From Escherichia phage UE-S1, in the sequence record ON568341.1: a stretch of DNA of 64,000 bases; one strand, 5' to 3'. Below the pieces are notes generated by a model. It ran no database searches. It saw only the letters and a list, made by a program, of their open reading frames with translations, and was not told the DNA's origin. Position 1 is the stretch's first letter; every line of letters starts with the position of its first letter. Shown here piece by piece: positions 62,695 to 64,000 of this stretch. The translations under genes were made by a program, and so were the position numbers.

Positions 62695-63036
62695 ATGATT
62701 TATTACACTAACGTGTTTGCCTATGCTGTTGCTTGCATTTACATTGTTTACTTCTTATTTGGTGGAGTGCTTTACTTCTTTAAGTACAAAACACTGTTTA
62801 ATAGGATGTATCCAAATCACCCTATCGTAGTTGTACTTTTGATTCTTTCTGTTTCCCAAATAATCGTTGAAACTACAATGGGTATCAGTAGTGTACATTA
62901 TAGCTTCGGTACTATAGTAATTATTACTATGCTTATTGCATACATTTTAGTACTTGGATATGGTATATTTGGTAATGTTGGAATGAAAATGTATCATCGA
63001 ATTAAAACCTTACGTGATAATCTACCGGAGCGTTAA
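62695..63036 (+). CDS. small membrane protein, tandem paralog 2 of 3 (~113 aa)
   Basis: FKYKTLFNRMYPNHP ... LRDNLPER; ATG 62695 after AAGGA. Confidence 0.5.
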   Translation: MIYYTNVFAYAVACIYIVYFLFGGVLYFFKYKTLFNRMYPNHPIVVVLLILSVSQIIVETTMGISSVHYSFGTIVIITMLIAYILVLGYGIFGNVGMKMYHRIKTLRDNLPER

Positions 63037-63037
63037 T

Positions 63038-63382
63038 ATGTATAATTTAAACCTAATCTCATATATTATAACAACACTGTTTACATTCTATGCCTTTGTT
63101 GGTATAATCCTACTGTACTTTAAATTTTATAAAGTGTTTAACCGTTTCTATCCTTCAATGGAGAATGAGTTTTTCTTTGTGTTGTACGTAGGTTACACAT
63201 TAATGGCTACATGTTTCACTGTAGCCGATGGTGTCATCGGCATTAAAACTGATGCACCAAATGGTAGTACGCTGGTTGCATTTATTCTTACCGGATTCCT
63301 TGCAACTTATATTGCCTTCATTACAACATGGTCAGTAGTTGAATTTCTCTTGCGACTACGTAAGAATATGCCGAATCGATAG
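63038..63382 (+). CDS. small membrane protein, tandem paralog 3 of 3 (~114 aa)
   Basis: FKFYKVFNRFYPSME ... LRKNMPNR; ATG 63038 after GGAG. Confidence 0.5.
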   Translation: MYNLNLISYIITTLFTFYAFVGIILLYFKFYKVFNRFYPSMENEFFFVLYVGYTLMATCFTVADGVIGIKTDAPNGSTLVAFILTGFLATYIAFITTWSVVEFLLRLRKNMPNR

Positions 63383-63391
63383 GAGACATAT

Positions 63392-63646
63392 ATGTTTGCA
63401 TTGCGTAATAAAGACACTAAAGAATTATTATGTATTGATACCGTATGGGATTGTGCGGGTTCAACTACTGTTCTTGAAGAAGGAACTGGTTGTTGTGTGT
63501 TTGTTGTTCAAGATAAGAATATTCTCGAATCATTACTTGCTGAGTTCAATGCTGGTGATAATCCTAATAGTACTGAATACCCTGAGATTATCAATCCAGC
63601 ACCTCCAGGTTCTTATGAAATCCTACCACTATGGGTGTTGAAATAA
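63392..63646 (+). CDS. hypothetical protein (84 aa)
   Basis: AGGAGA RBS. Confidence 0.45.
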   Translation: MFALRNKDTKELLCIDTVWDCAGSTTVLEEGTGCCVFVVQDKNILESLLAEFNAGDNPNSTEYPEIINPAPPGSYEILPLWVLK

Positions 63647-64000
63647 TGCGACAAATGTACAAAGTAACCGAGCTAAACAAGCGTCTGGTTAAACAATCTA
63701 TGTTTGAGGATAAAGAGTCTTACTATAACTTTAAACGTGCTGTAGAGGCTGCTATCCACATTCAGAAGCTTAAAGAACGTGGTTTTATTATTCTGGAAAA
63801 TGGTTCGGAAGTTGTAACGGATGACTTTAGTGTAGCGTTTGATGTTTCACCTGATGGCACGCTATCAATGCCCCGCTTAGGAACTGGAAACATGACTGTT
63901 TGGGTTGGCTTCACTATGGGGAATGTACCTGGTACTGTGTACGTAGATGATGCGGAATTGAAAGACAGTTTCAAAAACTTATCTTATCTGGAACCACAAT
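63646..64000 (+). CDS. hypothetical protein, 3'-truncated by window end
   Basis: Own translation from ATG 63646 (MRQMYKVTELNKRLVKQSMFEDKESYY...) runs open to position 64000. Confidence 0.4.
   Translation, partial: MRQMYKVTELNKRLVKQSMFEDKESYYNFKRAVEAAIHIQKLKERGFIILENGSEVVTDDFSVAFDVSPDGTLSMPRLGTGNMTVWVGFTMGNVPGTVYVDDAELKDSFKNLSYLEPQ

Overview
AT-rich window that reads as the early/host-takeover region of a large virulent phage, probably a distant T4-like myovirus (inference from gene content; no search was run). More than 110 tightly packed, mostly + strand small ORFs are punctuated by sigma70-type promoters (TTGACA-N16-18-TATAAT) and many rho-independent terminators. Recognisable genes: a gp44-like clamp-loader AAA+ ATPase, a GroES-like protein, a HAD-family phosphatase, a DexA-like exonuclease, a NADAR/YbiA-like hydrolase, a C5-cytosine DNA methyltransferase interrupted by a LAGLIDADG intein at the catalytic PCQ motif, two HNH endonucleases, a sigma-70-family sigma factor, a kinase-like protein and a minus-strand beta-helix protein. 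A tRNA island (29.5-36.9 kb) holds five canonical tRNAs (Ser-TGA, Arg-TCT, Met/Ile-CAT, Asn-GTT, Thr-TGT), one type-II tRNA with an odd anticodon, two degenerate tRNA-like elements and candidate stable RNAs. The most striking signal is a roughly 20-member paralog family of 117-190 aa proteins sharing a C-terminal E-E-x-[FY]-F-Q-x-S-[TL]-[IV] module, arranged in tandem arrays. A second family of four 54-59 aa 'MTHxEW' mini-proteins, too short for the ORF track, is interleaved with the tRNAs. No CRISPR array, integrase or capsid/tail gene was recognised. All calls come from reading motifs by eye in the sequence and ORF track; function calls are hypotheses.
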